Position numbers and translations under genes: made by a program
Shown: positions 62,363 to 64,000 of the stretch, one piece after another
Position numbering within the stretch: position 1 is the stretch's first letter
How the letters are laid out: the number at the start of each line of letters is the position of its first letter
Source: Eledone cirrhosa
Taxonomy: Eukaryota
NCBI GenBank assembly: GCA_964016885.1
Contig: OZ024740.1
Coordinates: 206,460,001 to 206,524,000, forward strand
Length of the DNA: 64,000 bases
Reading direction: 5' to 3'
The notes under the pieces: generated by a model
Seen by the model: the letters and a program-made list of their open reading frames with translations, nothing else
What the model was told of the DNA's origin: nothing
Databases searched by the model: none

Positions 62363-64000
62363 TAAATATTTTCAGACTTTTAATATAAACAACTACAAAA
62401 AACAATCAATATTAAATAAATATATTTTACATAATAATTGTTATAGTTTAATTAATAAAAATTAAATATTACATACAAATAGTCTAACATAATAAAAAAA
62501 ATAATCTAACATAATAATAATAAAATAATCTAACATAACACGAACAATAATATGGACAAATATACAAGTAAATATGATACAACCAATATTATAAGCATGT
62601 TATAACGAACTGAAAAAAAATAGTTAATATAAATTAAAAAAAATCATATATAAATTAACAATATAACTTACCAAAACGAGAAAAAATATTTTGATGATAA
62701 ACGACGAAATACAGGAGGAAGATTCGAAAGCGAAACGATAAACGTGCAAACAAAGTGGCGGAGGCTTTTGAGCAACAATTACTCTCATAGGTTGATTAGC
62801 CAATAAGACGATGAAATTAGCCGATAAGACAATACATTACAAAAGATGTTTGGCCGGGAAACCCCTTGAATTTTTTATTCACAAGCGACGCATATATGTC
62901 AGACATGCAGACTTAAAACATTCTGTTGTTAGTCACTGCATGTCTAACAGATAAAACAAAATATGAGCATAATATTTTAAGGATATTTGTTTATCTGTTA
63001 GAATGGGAGCAATTACCCCGGGCCCCTGTAGTGGAGGGCCCCACCAGCGACGGCCGTAACAATTTATTTGTGCCCTCAACTGGGCTTTTTAGTTTTAGGA
63101 TGGTTAGAACTTTTGAATTCAACACCTGTATGTATGTTTTCAATTCCAATTATTTGAGTCAAGCTAACTTTGATGTATGTAAAATTAGGAGGTTTGCTGT
63201 ATATTCTAGTTTTTTGTGTATAGCCCCCCCCCCCCCCCCCCCCCCACACCAACCTGAAGTGCCACTGCACCCGCAAGGTCTAAATCCAATCCTGGGCTGA
63301 TAGCCGAACGCAGCAGGTTGCCACTTGAGAGGGTGTCACAACGTGGCATCTCAGATGAAGGGCCTACCCCCCGCAGAATAGATTGTCATGCCTCCTGGCC
63401 TTTTGCTGTTCCCTTTGGTCCAGCTCCGCTGGAATGTCTGCTGAAATCCATTCCTTGCTAGCATAGGTGTCATAATCTATTCAATTTTGAACATGTGAAA
63501 TTGATTTACACCCAAATGGTTTCTTTTTAACCACTGAACTATGAAGTAGGAATGGTATTTGTTTTCAGTCAGGTTAACTGTGAACTGTCAGATAGTTCTG
63601 TGCTGTGACTAGTTTTACTTAGAGATATCTATGTACAAGATTATTCTATATTTTAACAAGTCTACCTATGAAATAGGTCAGGTGTGCTGTGATAACCTAG
63701 CTCATTATATGACAAGAGAAATATGTTATCTTCACTGGACTTCAATTAGTTCAAATTCTAAATATTGATCTTCACATCTGCTCTGTCATTATACCAGTAA
63801 AGTTGGATGTATATTCCTTGTCAAGCTCCCCTAGTTAACCACTAAAATGGTAGTGTATTTTTTGTTTATTTTATCTTTGTTTTAAAACATTTTTTAATAG
63901 GAAATTTCTCATATTTATGTTAAATATTTTACGTTTGTTTTACTAATTGTAGTCTTATGCCTAGGTTTCAAATAATCTTCCAAACACTTAACATTATTCA

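Noticed and set aside
62750-63480. Possible promoter (CCAAT-like boxes at ~62795-62830) and GC-richer exon or MITE near 63020-63300
   Set aside because: No supporting ORF, splice pattern or clear terminal repeats; motif matches alone are insufficient.

Overview
AT-rich, repeat-dense eukaryotic DNA, most likely an octopus or other coleoid cephalopod. That assignment is inferred from the RTE LINE/SINE repertoire, the microsatellite load and the C2H2 gene. The only host gene seen is the 5' part of a minus-strand multi-C2H2 zinc-finger gene (ATG at 1068, running off the left edge). The rest is transposon-derived: many RTE-clade LINE copies with (GAT)n tails (one with an uninterrupted 797-aa RT ORF containing a PHD-like finger), two tRNA-derived SINE families, CR1-group and Rex3/Expander-like fragments, a Penelope GIY-YIG fragment, a Helitron and three long inverted repeats. 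Two large tandem arrays make up about 40% of the window, and both can be traced to a birthplace inside an RTE-related element. A 6.4-kb array of a 48-bp unit expanded from the RTE 3'UTR. A 19.4-kb array of a 29-bp purine-rich unit expanded from the GRGRPRKTW codons of a decayed RTE ORF, whose two halves still flank it. The long ORFs over both arrays are treated as artefacts of the repeats.
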